Positions 1 to 10,215 of a DNA stretch of 41,145 nucleotides are shown here, piece by piece. The notes beneath the pieces were generated by a model. That model was given only the letters and a program-made list of their open reading frames with translations, did not search any database and had not been told where the DNA came from. How positions within the stretch are numbered: position 1 is the stretch's first letter; each line of letters starts with the position of its first letter. The stretch comes from Lysobacterales bacterium (GTDB lineage: Bacteria; Pseudomonadota; Gammaproteobacteria; Xanthomonadales; SZUA-36), in the NCBI GenBank assembly GCA_041571375.1, contig JBFFUJ010000001.1, positions 1 to 41,145 on the forward strand. Direction: 5' to 3'. A program made the translations under genes and the position numbers.

Positions 1-783
1 ATGCGCGTGCTGGCCGAACGCGGCGCCCACATCATCGCCACGGCGCGCAGCCGCCGCAAGGCCGAAGACGCGGCCAGGCGGGTCGCGGCCGAGGCCACGC
101 CCGTGGCCTGCGAACTCAGCGATTTCGATTCCGTCGCCAGGTGCGCCGAGGAGATCCGGCGACAGCACCGGTCCATCGATGTGCTGCTGTGCAATGCCGG
201 CGTGATGGGATTGCCGGAACCCGACCGGAAGTACGGTGTGGAAATGCAGTTCCTCACCAACCACCTGGGGCATTTCGTGCTGGTCAATCGCCTGCTGGAC
301 CTGGTGCTGGAGGCGCCCGCCGGGCGAGTCGTCCTGGTCTCGAGCATGGCGCACTTCCTGTCGGTCCCGGGCGGCATCAACTTCGATAACCTGTCCGGCG
401 AGAAGCACTACCATCCCTGGACATTCTACGGCCAGTCCAAGCTCGCCAACCTGCTCATGTCGAACGAGCTGGCCCGGCGCCTGAAGGGCCGCACAGCGAG
501 TTCCAATGCCCTGCACCCGGGCATCATCCAAACGCCGCTCATGCGCCACCTGTCCACGGCGCTGTTCGGCCTGTCCAGCGCACTGAGCTGGCCGTTCGCC
601 CGCAGCGTCGAGCAGGGCGCCGCCACCCAGTGTTATGTCGCCGCGGCCGCCGAACTCAACGCCGTCAACGGCCAATACTTTGCCGACTGCAACCCGGCTC
701 ACACCAGCATCCACGCCCGCGATCGCGACTTGGCCACCCGGTTGTGGGAGTTCTCGGAAGAGGTCGCCACGGACTACCTGTAG
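1..783 (+). CDS. Short-chain dehydrogenase/reductase (retinol-dehydrogenase-like SDR), probably 5'-truncated by the window edge
   Basis: SDR core motifs are present: NAGV, SSMAH, catalytic YxxSK (YGQSKLAN), HPGIIQTPL. The N-terminal TGxxxGxG Rossmann motif is missing, so the gene most likely starts upstream of position 1. Confidence 0.8.
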   Translation: MRVLAERGAHIIATARSRRKAEDAARRVAAEATPVACELSDFDSVARCAEEIRRQHRSIDVLLCNAGVMGLPEPDRKYGVEMQFLTNHLGHFVLVNRLLDLVLEAPAGRVVLVSSMAHFLSVPGGINFDNLSGEKHYHPWTFYGQSKLANLLMSNELARRLKGRTASSNALHPGIIQTPLMRHLSTALFGLSSALSWPFARSVEQGAATQCYVAAAAELNAVNGQYFADCNPAHTSIHARDRDLATRLWEFSEEVATDYL

Positions 784-870
784 CGGCGAACTTGCCCGGG
801 GCCGGAGGCTCTTCTACCATCGGCAGGAAGCATCCCGCGAACGTACACGCTTCCCCAGGTTGAAACGCGC

Positions 871-2520
871 ATGGCACTGCACCCCCTGGCCGGCAAGCCG
901 GCGCCCCAATCGATTCTGACCAACGTCGCCCGACTGGTCGCCAATTACTACAGCCTGCGGCCGGATGCATCGCTGCCCGCGCAACGCGTGGCTTTCGGCA
1001 CCTCCGGACATCGGGGTTCGGCCGATACCTGCAGCTTCAACGAAGCCCACATTCTGGCCATCAGACAGGCGGTGTCCGAATTCCGCGGCAGCCGCGGGAT
1101 CGACGGGCCGATCTTCGTCGGCATGGACACCCATGCGCTGTCCGAACCCGCCCTGATCACCGCCGTCGAGGTGCTGGCGGCAAATGGCGCCGAGGTCATG
1201 CTCGACGAAACGCTCGGCTACACACCGACGCCGGTGGTTTCTCACGCGATCCTCACCCATAACCGCAACGGAGGTGGTGGACTTGCCGACGGCATCGTCA
1301 TCACACCCTCCCACAACCCCCCATCCGATGGCGGGTTCAAGTACAACCCGCCGAGCGGCGGTCCGGCCGACACGGAAACCACGACCTGGATCGAGCGACG
1401 CGCCAACGAACTGCTGGCCGGCGCCGAAACGGTTCGCCGCTGGCCGTGGGAGCGGGCCAGTCGGGCGGAGAACGTACGCCGGCACGACTACCTCGGGGCT
1501 TATATCGCGGAACTCGGCAGCGTAATCGACATGGATGCTGTCCGCGATTCCGGTATCCGTATCGGCGCCGATCCCATGGGCGGCGCCGGCGTGGCCTACT
1601 GGGAGCCGATTGCGGAGCGCTACGGCCTGAACCTGGAGCGGGTCCGTGAGACCGTGGACCCGTCCTTCCGCTTCATGCCCGTGGACAAGGACGGCAAGAT
1701 CCGCATGGATTGCTCGTCACCCGCGGCCATGGCGGGGCTGATCGAACTCAAGGACCGCTTCGACATCGCCTTTGGCAACGACACTGATTTCGATCGCCAC
1801 GGCATCGTCACGCCCAGCGTCGGTCTGATGAATCCGAATCACTACCTGGCCGTCGCCATTGCCTGGCTGTTCAGCAACCGCCCGGACTGGCCGTCGACGG
1901 CCGCGATCGGCAAGACCCTGGTCAGCAGCAGCATGATCGACCGGATCGCAGCCAGCCTCGGAAGGACGCTGTGCGAGGTACCGGTAGGCTTCAAGTGGTT
2001 CGTGGACGGTCTGCTGGACGGCTCCCTGGGTTTCGGTGGTGAAGAAAGCGCCGGCGCCGCCTTTCTGAGGCGCAACGGGGACACCTGGGTCACCGACAAG
2101 GACGGCATCATCCTGAACCTGTTGGCCGCTGAAATCACCGCCCGCAGCGGGCGCGACCCCGGAGAGCACTACCGGGACCTCGAACAGCGCTTCGGTGCAC
2201 CCACGTACGAGCGGATCGATGCGCCGGCGACCCGCGAGCAGAAGGCGGTACTGTCGAACCTGTCACCCGACCAGGTCACCGCCACCGAACTGGCCGGCGA
2301 ACCCATCACTGCGCGGCTGACCCGGGCGCCGGGCAACGGCGCGGCCATCGGCGGCCTCAAGGTCGTCACGGCGAGCGGCTGGTTCGCCGCGCGGCCTTCC
2401 GGCACCGAAGACATTTACAAGATCTACGCCGAGAGTTTCCTCGGTCCGGATCACCTGCAGCGGATTCAGGAGGAGGCGCGCCGCATCGTCTCAACCGCTC
2501 TCGAAGGCGTGGCGCAATAA
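871..2520 (+). CDS. pgm: Phosphoglucomutase, alpha-D-glucose-phosphate specific
   Basis: 549 aa with ATG start at 871. Phosphoserine loop [15 protein letters not shown], sugar-binding GEESAG, and C-terminal [14 protein letters not shown] are typical of Pgm. Confidence 0.95.
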   Translation: MALHPLAGKPAPQSILTNVARLVANYYSLRPDASLPAQRVAFGTSGHRGSADTCSFNEAHILAIRQAVSEFRGSRGIDGPIFVGMDTHALSEPALITAVEVLAANGAEVMLDETLGYTPTPVVSHAILTHNRNGGGGLADGIVITPSHNPPSDGGFKYNPPSGGPADTETTTWIERRANELLAGAETVRRWPWERASRAENVRRHDYLGAYIAELGSVIDMDAVRDSGIRIGADPMGGAGVAYWEPIAERYGLNLERVRETVDPSFRFMPVDKDGKIRMDCSSPAAMAGLIELKDRFDIAFGNDTDFDRHGIVTPSVGLMNPNHYLAVAIAWLFSNRPDWPSTAAIGKTLVSSSMIDRIAASLGRTLCEVPVGFKWFVDGLLDGSLGFGGEESAGAAFLRRNGDTWVTDKDGIILNLLAAEITARSGRDPGEHYRDLEQRFGAPTYERIDAPATREQKAVLSNLSPDQVTATELAGEPITARLTRAPGNGAAIGGLKVVTASGWFAARPSGTEDIYKIYAESFLGPDHLQRIQEEARRIVSTALEGVAQ

Positions 2521-2566
2521 TACCTTTCCGATGCGCTGCAGCGAGCTGTAGCAGCAGGCCCGCTGC

Positions 2567-3061
2567 TCAGCGGCCATGACGCTCCCTGGCCGCCTTCAGC
2601 CGCTGGATGCTCTCGGGCGGCCAGTGATCCCTCTGAGCGTAATACTCCGGGACCGCAGCCACGTCCGCCGGCAGCGCGACCCAGGGAACCTTCGAACCCG
2701 TGTAGATGTGGATGTCCGGCATGACCTCGTGGGGCGTATCCAGCGTGCCGACACGGATGAAACTGACGGCTTCGCCGGCTCCGGCATAGTGGCTCCAGAG
2801 GGCCACCTGGCAGCGTGGGCAGCGAATGATCTTCTGGCTCTTGCCGCTGTTCGAGGGCGTGTCGATCGACGCCGGCGAGCCCGACAGGATGGCGACGTGA
2901 TCGCTCTCGATCAGGGCGTTCAGGGCAAACGCACTGCCGGTCTCGCGCTGGCACCAGCGACAGTGGCAGCAGTGCACGAACAAAGGTCGCGCGTGAAGGC
3001 GATAACGCACGCTGCCGCATGTGCAGCGACCCTGCAGATTCCGGTCTGATTTCTGACCCAT
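2567..3061 (-). CDS. GFA (glutathione-dependent formaldehyde-activating / CENP-V-like) family protein
   Basis: 164 aa with ATG at 3059..3061. Zinc-cysteine pattern CTCGSVRY ... CHCRWCQRETGSAF ... CPRC is characteristic of the GFA domain. Confidence 0.85.
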   Translation of the reverse strand: MGQKSDRNLQGRCTCGSVRYRLHARPLFVHCCHCRWCQRETGSAFALNALIESDHVAILSGSPASIDTPSNSGKSQKIIRCPRCQVALWSHYAGAGEAVSFIRVGTLDTPHEVMPDIHIYTGSKVPWVALPADVAAVPEYYAQRDHWPPESIQRLKAARERHGR

Positions 3062-3072
3062 TGACGGCTCCT

Positions 3073-3849
3073 TCAGGTTTCACCCCGCCCGTCGAGCGTG
3101 AATCGGCTGATGCCGCTCTCCTCTCCATCCGCCGTAAAACGACGTTCGACAAACTCCACCCGCCCGTCGTAGTCCATCAGTATGACCGAGGAGGAGCGGG
3201 TTCCGTAGCTCGGGGAAACGATGAACTGGTGGTTCATCAGGTGCCGGCGGATCGCGCCATCGCCCTGGTCCAGGGGCATGTCACCGGCCGCCAGGCTGCG
3301 GTCCGCCAGCAGCTGCAGCAGGTCGTCGGCGGCCACGGAGTCCCGCTGCAACAGTTGCTGCAACTGCTCGCGCCCGGCCCGCACCTTGGGCCAGTCCGTA
3401 TCCAGCAAATGATTGCTGAGGCCGTGGATTCCGGGCTCAATTTCGATCACGTCCGGGTGCCTGTTCGAGGCATAGACCAGGCTGTCCCTCCACCCGAGCA
3501 GCAACGAGAAGCCCCGGTACGCGGAACCATCGTCCAACAGGCCCGCGGCATGCGCCAGCGGCAACCGTTCGCCGGCCAGGAAATCGGTGACCAGTTCGCC
3601 GCGGGAGCGTTCCAGCGGAACCTCAGGCTCCAGCGGTTCACGGTAGTTGGTCACGGCCGCCACCCGACCGGGCCGGGTGATGCCGAGCCACGTGCCCCCG
3701 GCCTGCAGATCGCGCCCCGCCAGCAGTCCGGGCCGGTCGGCCCAGAATCCGGCGGCTGCCGTCGGCCGATCGTGGAACTCATCCCGGTTGGCAGCCAGCA
3801 CCAGGCGGTGACGGGGGTGGGCCCGCCAGGCAAAGAGGATCAGGCACAT
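3073..3849 (-). CDS. NRDE family protein (DUF833 / TANGO2-like)
   Basis: The family-typical N-terminus MCLILFAW...LVLAANRDEF begins at the ATG at 3847..3849. The longer ORF reaching 3981 starts with TTG and adds 44 atypical residues. Confidence 0.85.
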   Translation of the reverse strand: MCLILFAWRAHPRHRLVLAANRDEFHDRPTAAAGFWADRPGLLAGRDLQAGGTWLGITRPGRVAAVTNYREPLEPEVPLERSRGELVTDFLAGERLPLAHAAGLLDDGSAYRGFSLLLGWRDSLVYASNRHPDVIEIEPGIHGLSNHLLDTDWPKVRAGREQLQQLLQRDSVAADDLLQLLADRSLAAGDMPLDQGDGAIRRHLMNHQFIVSPSYGTRSSSVILMDYDGRVEFVERRFTADGEESGISRFTLDGRGET

Positions 3850-3980
3850 GGCAGCAACATCGCGGGCCGCGCATGGAACCGTTTTGTTTCCTGCGCTGCG
3901 GTATGGGAGAATCCCGTCAATTGAACCACCGTTTGCGATCTGAAAATCATCGTAAGCAGTACGAAAATCGAGGCCTGCCA

Positions 3981-4691
3981 ATGAGCCTTACCCGGGCGCT
4001 CTTCAAGCACAGTGTTTTCTTTCTTCTGCTCATTCCGCTCTTCGCGATCTGGGGATTCTGGGTCACTTACTTCGCCCGGCCGTCGGGCACCGTGCATTTC
4101 CTCGAGCACCTGCATGGCTTCGCGATGTTTGGCTGGTGCCTGCTGCTCGTGCTCCAGTCCTGGCTGATGCGCAACAACCGCCGCACGGCCCACCGGAAGC
4201 TCGGAACGCTGTCCTATGCCCTGGTCCCGCTGATCGTGGTTTCAACCGTCATGCTGGCCAATTACCAGCTCAACCGGCGCGGCCTGAGCCCCGAAGGCCT
4301 TTACATCTTCTCACTGCAGACCTTCATTCTCATCCAGTTTCTGTTCTGTTACGCCCAGGCGATCCGCCACCGCAAGACCGCGGACCTGCACGCACGTTAC
4401 ATGGTCTGCACGGCACTGCCGCTGCTGGACCCGATCTTTGCCCGCATCCTGGCCATCCATTTCATTCCCGTCGAGTTTACCAGCGGGATCATCCAGTACA
4501 TCACCTACGGTTTCACGGACCTGATCCTGCTTGGGCTGGCGCTCTGGGACTGGCGGGCGCACCGTCGGCGGGACGTTTTCCTGGCCGTGCTGGTGGTGCT
4601 TGTCGCAACTCAGATACCGACTTTTTTCGTGCTGCGCTGGCCGGCCTGGGAAGCTTACGCAAGCTGGTTCATGCATTTGCCGCTATCCTGA
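3981..4691 (+). CDS. Integral membrane protein, unknown function
   Basis: About 6-7 hydrophobic segments start immediately after the ATG at 3981 (MSLTRALFKHSVFFLLLIPLFAIWGFW). I recognise no catalytic motif. Confidence 0.6.
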   Translation: MSLTRALFKHSVFFLLLIPLFAIWGFWVTYFARPSGTVHFLEHLHGFAMFGWCLLLVLQSWLMRNNRRTAHRKLGTLSYALVPLIVVSTVMLANYQLNRRGLSPEGLYIFSLQTFILIQFLFCYAQAIRHRKTADLHARYMVCTALPLLDPIFARILAIHFIPVEFTSGIIQYITYGFTDLILLGLALWDWRAHRRRDVFLAVLVVLVATQIPTFFVLRWPAWEAYASWFMHLPLS

Positions 4692-5936
4692 CGGTTTCTG
4701 CCCCTGGTCGACGATTTCGTCCTCGTAGATCCGCGAGGCCGTTTGCGTGGCGGCCAGCGCATCGACAAACTTGCGATGTTCCTCGTCCGGCTCCGGCACC
4801 CGCCTGAAGAACCGGAAGGTAATGTAGCTCATCAGCAGCAGGTGGATGATCGCGCTGTACAGGAAGAGGCCGCCAGGGCCGGTCACCTGCATGCCGAGGG
4901 AGGCAAGGAAAGGGCCGACGATCGCTCCCACCCCGTACATGAGCAAGAGACCGCTGGAGATCATCACGTAATCCCCCGGCCGGGCATGATCGTTGCTGTG
5001 CGCCACCGAGACCGCATACAGCGGAAAGGCGACGGCGCCCCAGGCAGCGCCCAGCGACATCAGCAATACGGGGCTCATGCGGGTGAAGAAAGACCAGATC
5101 AGCAGGCCGACCACCAGGCCGGCGAGCGAGGCGAACGCGATCACCCAGCGCCGATCGACGCGGTCTGACCAGAGCCCCAGCGGCCACTGCCCCAAGGCGC
5201 CACCCAGTACAGCCGCGGTCATGAACCAGGCGGCCAACGAAACGTCCTGGGAGTAGCCGGCCACGAACACCGGGGCCAGTGCCCAGAACGGCCCGTTGGC
5301 CAGGCCGGACGCCAGGCAGCCCAGCGCGCCCGCCGGTGAGATGCGGAACAGTCGGCGCAGGTCCAGTCGGACGCGGTGCTCGGCATGCTCGGGGGTCGGA
5401 GCGGCCGACAGCACCACGGGAATGGCGGCCATCGAGACGATGGCCGAAGCGATGGCGAACAGCGACATCTGCTGGGGATCGTAGAGCAGCAGCATCTGGC
5501 CCACGGCGAGCACCGTCAGCGTGATCAGGGTATAGGCGGAAAACACCGCGCCCCGGGTCTCGTTGGTTGACTGCTCGTTCAGCCAACTCTCGATCACCAC
5601 GTACAGCACGGCGAAGCAATAGCCCGTGATGAACCGCAACAGCCACCAGAGCCAGGTTTCCACCCACAGCCCGTGCAGCAGGGGCACCGCGGAGGCAGTG
5701 GCGGTCATGGCTGCGAACACGCGTATATGCCCGACGCGCCGCAGTAATCTCGAACCCCGCAGGCAACCGAGCGTAAACCCGAAGAAGTACGCACCGCCCA
5801 TCAGCCCGATGGACAGCGTCGGGAAACCCTCGAGATTGGCGCGCACCGGCAGCAGCGTGCCCTGAAGCCCCTGCCCGGTCAGCAGAATGGCCACTCCGAG
5901 CAGCAGCGGCGCCACGGTTGAGAGCGTTCGGATCAT
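4683..5936 (-). CDS. MFS transporter
   Basis: 12-TM-like hydrophobic profile. The start MIRTLSTVAPLLLGVAILLTGQGLQGTLL is typical of the YcaD-like MFS subgroup. The ATG at 5934..5936 is preferred over the TTG at 6023. Confidence 0.85.
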   Translation of the reverse strand: MIRTLSTVAPLLLGVAILLTGQGLQGTLLPVRANLEGFPTLSIGLMGGAYFFGFTLGCLRGSRLLRRVGHIRVFAAMTATASAVPLLHGLWVETWLWWLLRFITGYCFAVLYVVIESWLNEQSTNETRGAVFSAYTLITLTVLAVGQMLLLYDPQQMSLFAIASAIVSMAAIPVVLSAAPTPEHAEHRVRLDLRRLFRISPAGALGCLASGLANGPFWALAPVFVAGYSQDVSLAAWFMTAAVLGGALGQWPLGLWSDRVDRRWVIAFASLAGLVVGLLIWSFFTRMSPVLLMSLGAAWGAVAFPLYAVSVAHSNDHARPGDYVMISSGLLLMYGVGAIVGPFLASLGMQVTGPGGLFLYSAIIHLLLMSYITFRFFRRVPEPDEEHRKFVDALAATQTASRIYEDEIVDQGQKPSG

Positions 5937-6040
5937 GTTTATCGCCGTCGGTTGTAGGCTGCTCGCCGGGGCCTCTTCGGCACGGCTCCAGATATGTACA
6001 ATAGGCCGTCCATTTTCCCACAAGCGAGGGGAGAAAAAGA

Positions 6041-7354
6041 ATGCCGCAGTTCGCCGAAGACAGCGGGTCGCGCATCGGTTGGTTCCTATCGACCAGCGCC
6101 CGCGTACGCTACTCCACCGGCGCCCTCGCCTATTTCGCTCAGGGCATTCCGATGGGCCTGCTGCATATCGCCCTGCCCGCCTGGCTCGCCACCGAGGGCG
6201 TTTCCGCTTCCGAGATCGCCGCCTACCTCGGCATCATCATGCTGCCCTGGGCTTTCAAACTGCTGGTCGGTCCGCTGATGGACCATTTCGAGTACCTACC
6301 CATGGGCAAGCGCCGGCCCTGGGTGCTCGGCGCGCAACTGGGCATGGTGGCCAGCCTGCTGGCACTGGCCTGGGTGGATGACCCGGTCTCACAGATCGGG
6401 CTGCTGACTGCCATCGGTTTCGTCATCAATACCTTTACCGCCAGCCAGGATGTGGCGGTCGACGGCATGTCCATCGACCTGGTGCCCCTCGAGCAGGAAG
6501 GCCGCCTCAACGCGTTCAGGAGTTTCGGCAAGTCGGTGGGCTGGGCCGTCACCTCGGCGGTGACCGGCACGATGCTGGTGATGTTCGGCATGAAGGCCAC
6601 CGCACTGGTTTGCGGCCTGGGTGCCGCCGCCGTGTTCCTGTACCTGGTCCTGGTGCGGGAACGCCACAGCGAGCGCCTGCTCCCATGGAGCGCGGGCGAA
6701 GCTTCACCCAAGAACGAACCGCCACCGTCCTTCCGCAAGGTGTTTTCGGACCTCAATCATGTCCTCTGGACCCGCGCCAGCCTCGTGATCATGGGCATCA
6801 TGTTCATCGACGGTCTGGTCAGCGGCTACGGCCGCGCCCTGATGCCGATCGCGGCCGTGGAGCTGTTCGGCTTCACCACGCCGCAATGGTCCGATCTGAA
6901 TGCGGTAATGGGCTTTGCCGGCGCGGTCATCGCTTTGGGCCTCGGCCCCCTGATCGATCGCTTTGGCGCCAAGGCCATGATGGGGCTCACCATCCTGCTG
7001 ACCGGCGTCCATGCCTTCGCACTGGCGGGGACGCAGGAGATGTGGTCCAACGACACCTACGTGCTGTTCATGATGTCGGCCTGGATCCTGCTGTTGCCGG
7101 TGATCATGGTCTGCGCACTGGCGCTGGCGATGAGTATCTGCTCGCATGGGGAATCGGCGACCCAGTTCGCCATTTACATGTCCGTCTCGAACCTCGGCGC
7201 CTCGGCGGGCTCGATGTTCTACGGCATGGTGGCGGACGTGACCAGTTGGGCCCAGAATTACGCGCTGAAGGGTCTACTGGTGTTTCTGCTGCTGCTCGTG
7301 ATCCTGATGTTCCGCACACACGGGCATCCCGAGGACGAATTGCTACGGGAGTAG
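6041..7354 (+). CDS. MFS transporter (AmpG/PAT-like)
   Basis: 437 aa with ATG at 6041, preceded by GAGGGGAG. It has the LPWAFKLLVGPLMD loop motif and about 12 TM segments. It is divergent from the MFS gene at 4683..5936. Confidence 0.8.
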   Translation: MPQFAEDSGSRIGWFLSTSARVRYSTGALAYFAQGIPMGLLHIALPAWLATEGVSASEIAAYLGIIMLPWAFKLLVGPLMDHFEYLPMGKRRPWVLGAQLGMVASLLALAWVDDPVSQIGLLTAIGFVINTFTASQDVAVDGMSIDLVPLEQEGRLNAFRSFGKSVGWAVTSAVTGTMLVMFGMKATALVCGLGAAAVFLYLVLVRERHSERLLPWSAGEASPKNEPPPSFRKVFSDLNHVLWTRASLVIMGIMFIDGLVSGYGRALMPIAAVELFGFTTPQWSDLNAVMGFAGAVIALGLGPLIDRFGAKAMMGLTILLTGVHAFALAGTQEMWSNDTYVLFMMSAWILLLPVIMVCALALAMSICSHGESATQFAIYMSVSNLGASAGSMFYGMVADVTSWAQNYALKGLLVFLLLLVILMFRTHGHPEDELLRE

Positions 7355-7359
7355 TCCGG

Positions 7360-7375
7360 GCTTCCGCGCGGAAGC
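7360..7375. terminator. Perfect GC-rich palindrome between convergent genes (weak bidirectional terminator candidate)
   Basis: gcttccgcgcggaagc is self-complementary. It lies 6 nt after the stop of the 6041..7354 gene and 34 nt beyond the stop of the cytochrome c gene. No U-run follows on either strand. Confidence 0.3.
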
Positions 7376-7408
7376 GTGTCCGATCCGGGCCGCAGCGACA
7401 CCCCGCTC

Positions 7409-7744
7409 CTACTGGCGGGCAAAGTACTCCGCTACCGCCTGCTTGTCCTCTTCGCTGAGGCTGTTGGCCACGTTGCACATGCTCGTCGGGGTTTTCGGTC
7501 GGTCGCTGTGTCGATAGGTGGTGGTCGAGCAGTGCCGCTCGTAGTTGTGGAACTGGTCCAGCTTTTCGCGGATGTAGGTTGTGCCCCTGCCGGCCAGCGA
7601 GGGCACGTCCGCCTCGGTGGAGACGCCGCCGGGGCCGTGACAGGCCTCGCACTCACTGACCAGCCCGGCCACCTCCTGCCCCTGGACGGGGCCAACCATG
7701 AAAAACGCAATCACCAGCGCCCAGCCATATCGCTCTCCACGCAT
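7409..7744 (-). CDS. Monoheme class I c-type cytochrome, secreted
   Basis: Haem-binding CEACH motif. There is a signal-peptide-like N-terminus from the ATG at 7742..7744 (MRGERYGWALVIAFFMVGPVQG). The upstream in-frame extension to 7855 is Arg/Ser-rich and unlikely to be coding. Confidence 0.8.
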   Translation of the reverse strand: MRGERYGWALVIAFFMVGPVQGQEVAGLVSECEACHGPGGVSTEADVPSLAGRGTTYIREKLDQFHNYERHCSTTTYRHSDRPKTPTSMCNVANSLSEEDKQAVAEYFARQ

Positions 7745-7870
7745 GGTTCGCCCCCGTCGTGCAACTGACACAGAACTGAATATAAACCGGGATCGCCTTG
7801 ATCCCAAGGACGCACGTCGCCGAAGCCGACGACAGGTCATCCCGGGAGCCGGCATGATTCGCAGGCCGGG

Positions 7871-8731
7871 CTATGCCAGATAGTTGGCGAAGAAGGCCAG
7901 GGTGCGCTGCCAGGCCAGCATGGCGGCCTCCGGTGCGTAACGGGCCTCGCTGGAGTCGTTATGGAAGCCGTGGCCGGTGCCGGGGTACATGTGCAGGCTG
8001 TAAGCCACCTGGTGCTCGTCGAGTGACGTCCGGAATGCGGCGATGGTCCGGTTGATGCGCTCGTCGTTACCGGCGTAGTGCATCATCAGCGGCACCCGCA
8101 CCCGGGCCACGTCCTCCGCGCTCAGGGGGCTGCCGTAAAAGCAGACCGAGGCCGCCGTCGCGGGCTCGCGGGCGGCGCACAGCAGGGACACCCCACCGCC
8201 GTAGCAGAACCCGACCGTGCCGATACGGCCGCTGCAATCCTCACGCGCCGCCAGGTAGGGAACACCGGCGACGACGTCCGCCGTGATCCGGGCGCGGTCG
8301 GACCGCGCGAACAGGTCACGCGCCGCCTCCTGGTCGGCTGGCGCGCCGCCTGCGTGAGTCAGGCCATCAGGCGCCAGCGCGACGTAACCCGCCAGAGCGG
8401 CACGCCGGGCGACGTCCTCGATGTGGGCGTTCAGCCCGCGGTTTTCGTGTATCACCAGCACCCCGGGCAGCGGGCCGGCCGCGTCAGCGGGACGGGCGAG
8501 GTAGGCACGCACCGGCCCGGCACCGGCCGCGTACTCGACATGGCCCGAATTCAGGCGCCCGTCGTCCTCCGCGACCTGGCGCCCCCAGGCGTAATTCGGC
8601 TCCAGCAGCGGCAGCACGGCGCTGGCTGCGGCCGCGCTGCCCGCGATGCCGGCCAGCCGCCGCAAAAAGGTGCGGCGCGGCATGTTTCCGTGAATGTATT
8701 CGTTGTAGAGGTCAAGGGCCCTGCGGTCCAT
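7871..8731 (-). CDS. Dienelactone hydrolase family protein with twin-arginine signal
   Basis: ATG at 8729..8731. Tat motif RRTFLRRLAGIAGSAAAA and DLH-type core (VIHENRGLN, GFCYGG nucleophile elbow, GTGHGF). The ORF-track extension to 9307 overlaps the next gene in another frame and is rejected. Confidence 0.9.
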   Translation of the reverse strand: MDRRALDLYNEYIHGNMPRRTFLRRLAGIAGSAAAASAVLPLLEPNYAWGRQVAEDDGRLNSGHVEYAAGAGPVRAYLARPADAAGPLPGVLVIHENRGLNAHIEDVARRAALAGYVALAPDGLTHAGGAPADQEAARDLFARSDRARITADVVAGVPYLAAREDCSGRIGTVGFCYGGGVSLLCAAREPATAASVCFYGSPLSAEDVARVRVPLMMHYAGNDERINRTIAAFRTSLDEHQVAYSLHMYPGTGHGFHNDSSEARYAPEAAMLAWQRTLAFFANYLA

Positions 8732-8742
8732 GTTCCGTTTCC

Positions 8743-9633
8743 TCAGCCGGTTTGCTCGGCTTCTGATGCTTGCCCAAACCACCTGTCGAGTGCCTCCGCG
8801 AACCGCGCCGGCGCCTCGGGTTCCGTGCGCAGGTAGAGTGACGGTTCGATCAGCTCGAGCTCCATCAGGTCGAAACCGCCGCTGCCATTCCGCACGAAGT
8901 CGATGCGGGCATACAGCGACCTGGACCTGACTGCGGCCATGGCCCGCTCCCCGGATCGCAGCAACCCCGGTTCGGCACTGACTGCCAGGATCTGCGCACC
9001 GCGCTCCTCCTGGGAGCGGAATTCGTCGGGGGCCGGGACCTTCAGTATCGCGTGGCTGAAATGCCCGTTGAAAAAGAACAGCGAGTACTCGCCCTCGGTC
9101 TGCACCCGGTGCATGAACGGCTGGACCATGCACGCCCGTCCGCGGAAGCACTCGGTGATTTCGGCCCAGCGCCGCGGCTCCTCGTCCCGGGAAAAGCGAA
9201 AAGCATCCTCGCCGTTGGCGCCGACCACCGGCTTCACCACCAGTTCCCGGCTCTGCAAATGATCCGAGCATTCTTCCGCGGTCCGGTCCGTCAGGCCATT
9301 CAGCCACCAGGTGGGCACGACGTCCACGCCGCGGCCCGCCAGGTCACGCAGGTAGGACTTGGCCAGGTTCCAGTGCACGAGGTCGAGCGGATTGGCCAGG
9401 CGGGTCTCGCGATGGATCCGCGACAGGACCTCGAGGAAGGCCGGCACGTCGTTCCAGTAGTCCCAGGTGGAGCGGATGACCACCGCCTCGAAGCAGCTCC
9501 AGGGGATGTCCGTCTGCCGCCATGACAGGGTGGTGACGTTCCAGCCACGCTCCGCCAATGGCCCAACCGCGCACTCGTCGTCGATGACGAAATCGCCACG
9601 CTGATCCAGGGTGAGGAAGGCACACTCTCTCAT
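8743..9633 (-). CDS. ATP-grasp domain protein (RimK / glutathione-synthetase-like fold)
   Basis: 296 aa with ATG at 9631..9633. It shows the pattern LVVKPVVGANGED ... VQPF ... GEYSLFFF ... ARIDFV...LMELELIEPSL, typical of small ATP-grasp ligases. The substrate is unknown. Confidence 0.7.
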   Translation of the reverse strand: MRECAFLTLDQRGDFVIDDECAVGPLAERGWNVTTLSWRQTDIPWSCFEAVVIRSTWDYWNDVPAFLEVLSRIHRETRLANPLDLVHWNLAKSYLRDLAGRGVDVVPTWWLNGLTDRTAEECSDHLQSRELVVKPVVGANGEDAFRFSRDEEPRRWAEITECFRGRACMVQPFMHRVQTEGEYSLFFFNGHFSHAILKVPAPDEFRSQEERGAQILAVSAEPGLLRSGERAMAAVRSRSLYARIDFVRNGSGGFDLMELELIEPSLYLRTEPEAPARFAEALDRWFGQASEAEQTG

Positions 9634-9686
9634 CGCGGCACTGGGCGATATCCATCAGGACTCGGATGCGGGACGGCCCGGTCCCG

Positions 9687-10070
9687 TCATGCAAGCCTCA
9701 GCACCCAACCGACCGCGGCCCCGACGATCAGGCCGGCATTGGCCAGAAAGGTCAGCCCCATGCCCGGCCCGCGGCTGCTCGGGTCATTGACGTATTCCCA
9801 GGCATAGAGCTGGCGTCCGAGGAGGAACAGCGCTCCAGGGGCGAGCGCCCAGACATCACTCAGGTACATGCTGAACAGGGCCAGGGCAGGAATGAAGACA
9901 ATGAGCTGCTCCAGGGTGTTCTGCTGCACCCGGAACAACCGCTCCCACGCCTCGTTACCGCTCGTATCGGGCGCCTGGACGCCGTATTTCGCCCGGCCCG
10001 CGCCGACGCGGAGGGTGAAGTACAGATATTGCAGCAGGGCGACCAGGATCACGATGGCGGCGAATTTCAT
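9687..10070 (-). CDS. MAPEG family membrane protein (microsomal glutathione-S-transferase-like)
   Basis: 127 aa from the ATG at 10068..10070; the ORF-track start at 10079 is GTG. About 4 TM segments, and the VQQNTLEQLIVFIPALALFSMY region matches the MAPEG pattern. Confidence 0.8.
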   Translation of the reverse strand: MKFAAIVILVALLQYLYFTLRVGAGRAKYGVQAPDTSGNEAWERLFRVQQNTLEQLIVFIPALALFSMYLSDVWALAPGALFLLGRQLYAWEYVNDPSSRGPGMGLTFLANAGLIVGAAVGWVLRLA

Positions 10071-10215
10071 GCAGCGCACTCCCCACGGGGTTCATCTGGA
10101 CAGCCAACATACCCCAAGGCCTCGGAAAAGTCTGCCTCAAAGGTATAGAATGAGTGCCACTGAAGCGCGGGAGCATCGTTAAGCGCCGGCTTTTGCTCCC
10201 CGGCGGAGAGAGAAC

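Noticed and set aside
8732-9307. N-terminal 192-aa extension of the dienelactone hydrolase ORF (ORF track 7871..9307).
   Set aside because: It overlaps the ATP-grasp gene in a different frame and has Arg/Gly/Pro-rich composition. A family-typical start with a Tat motif exists at 8731.
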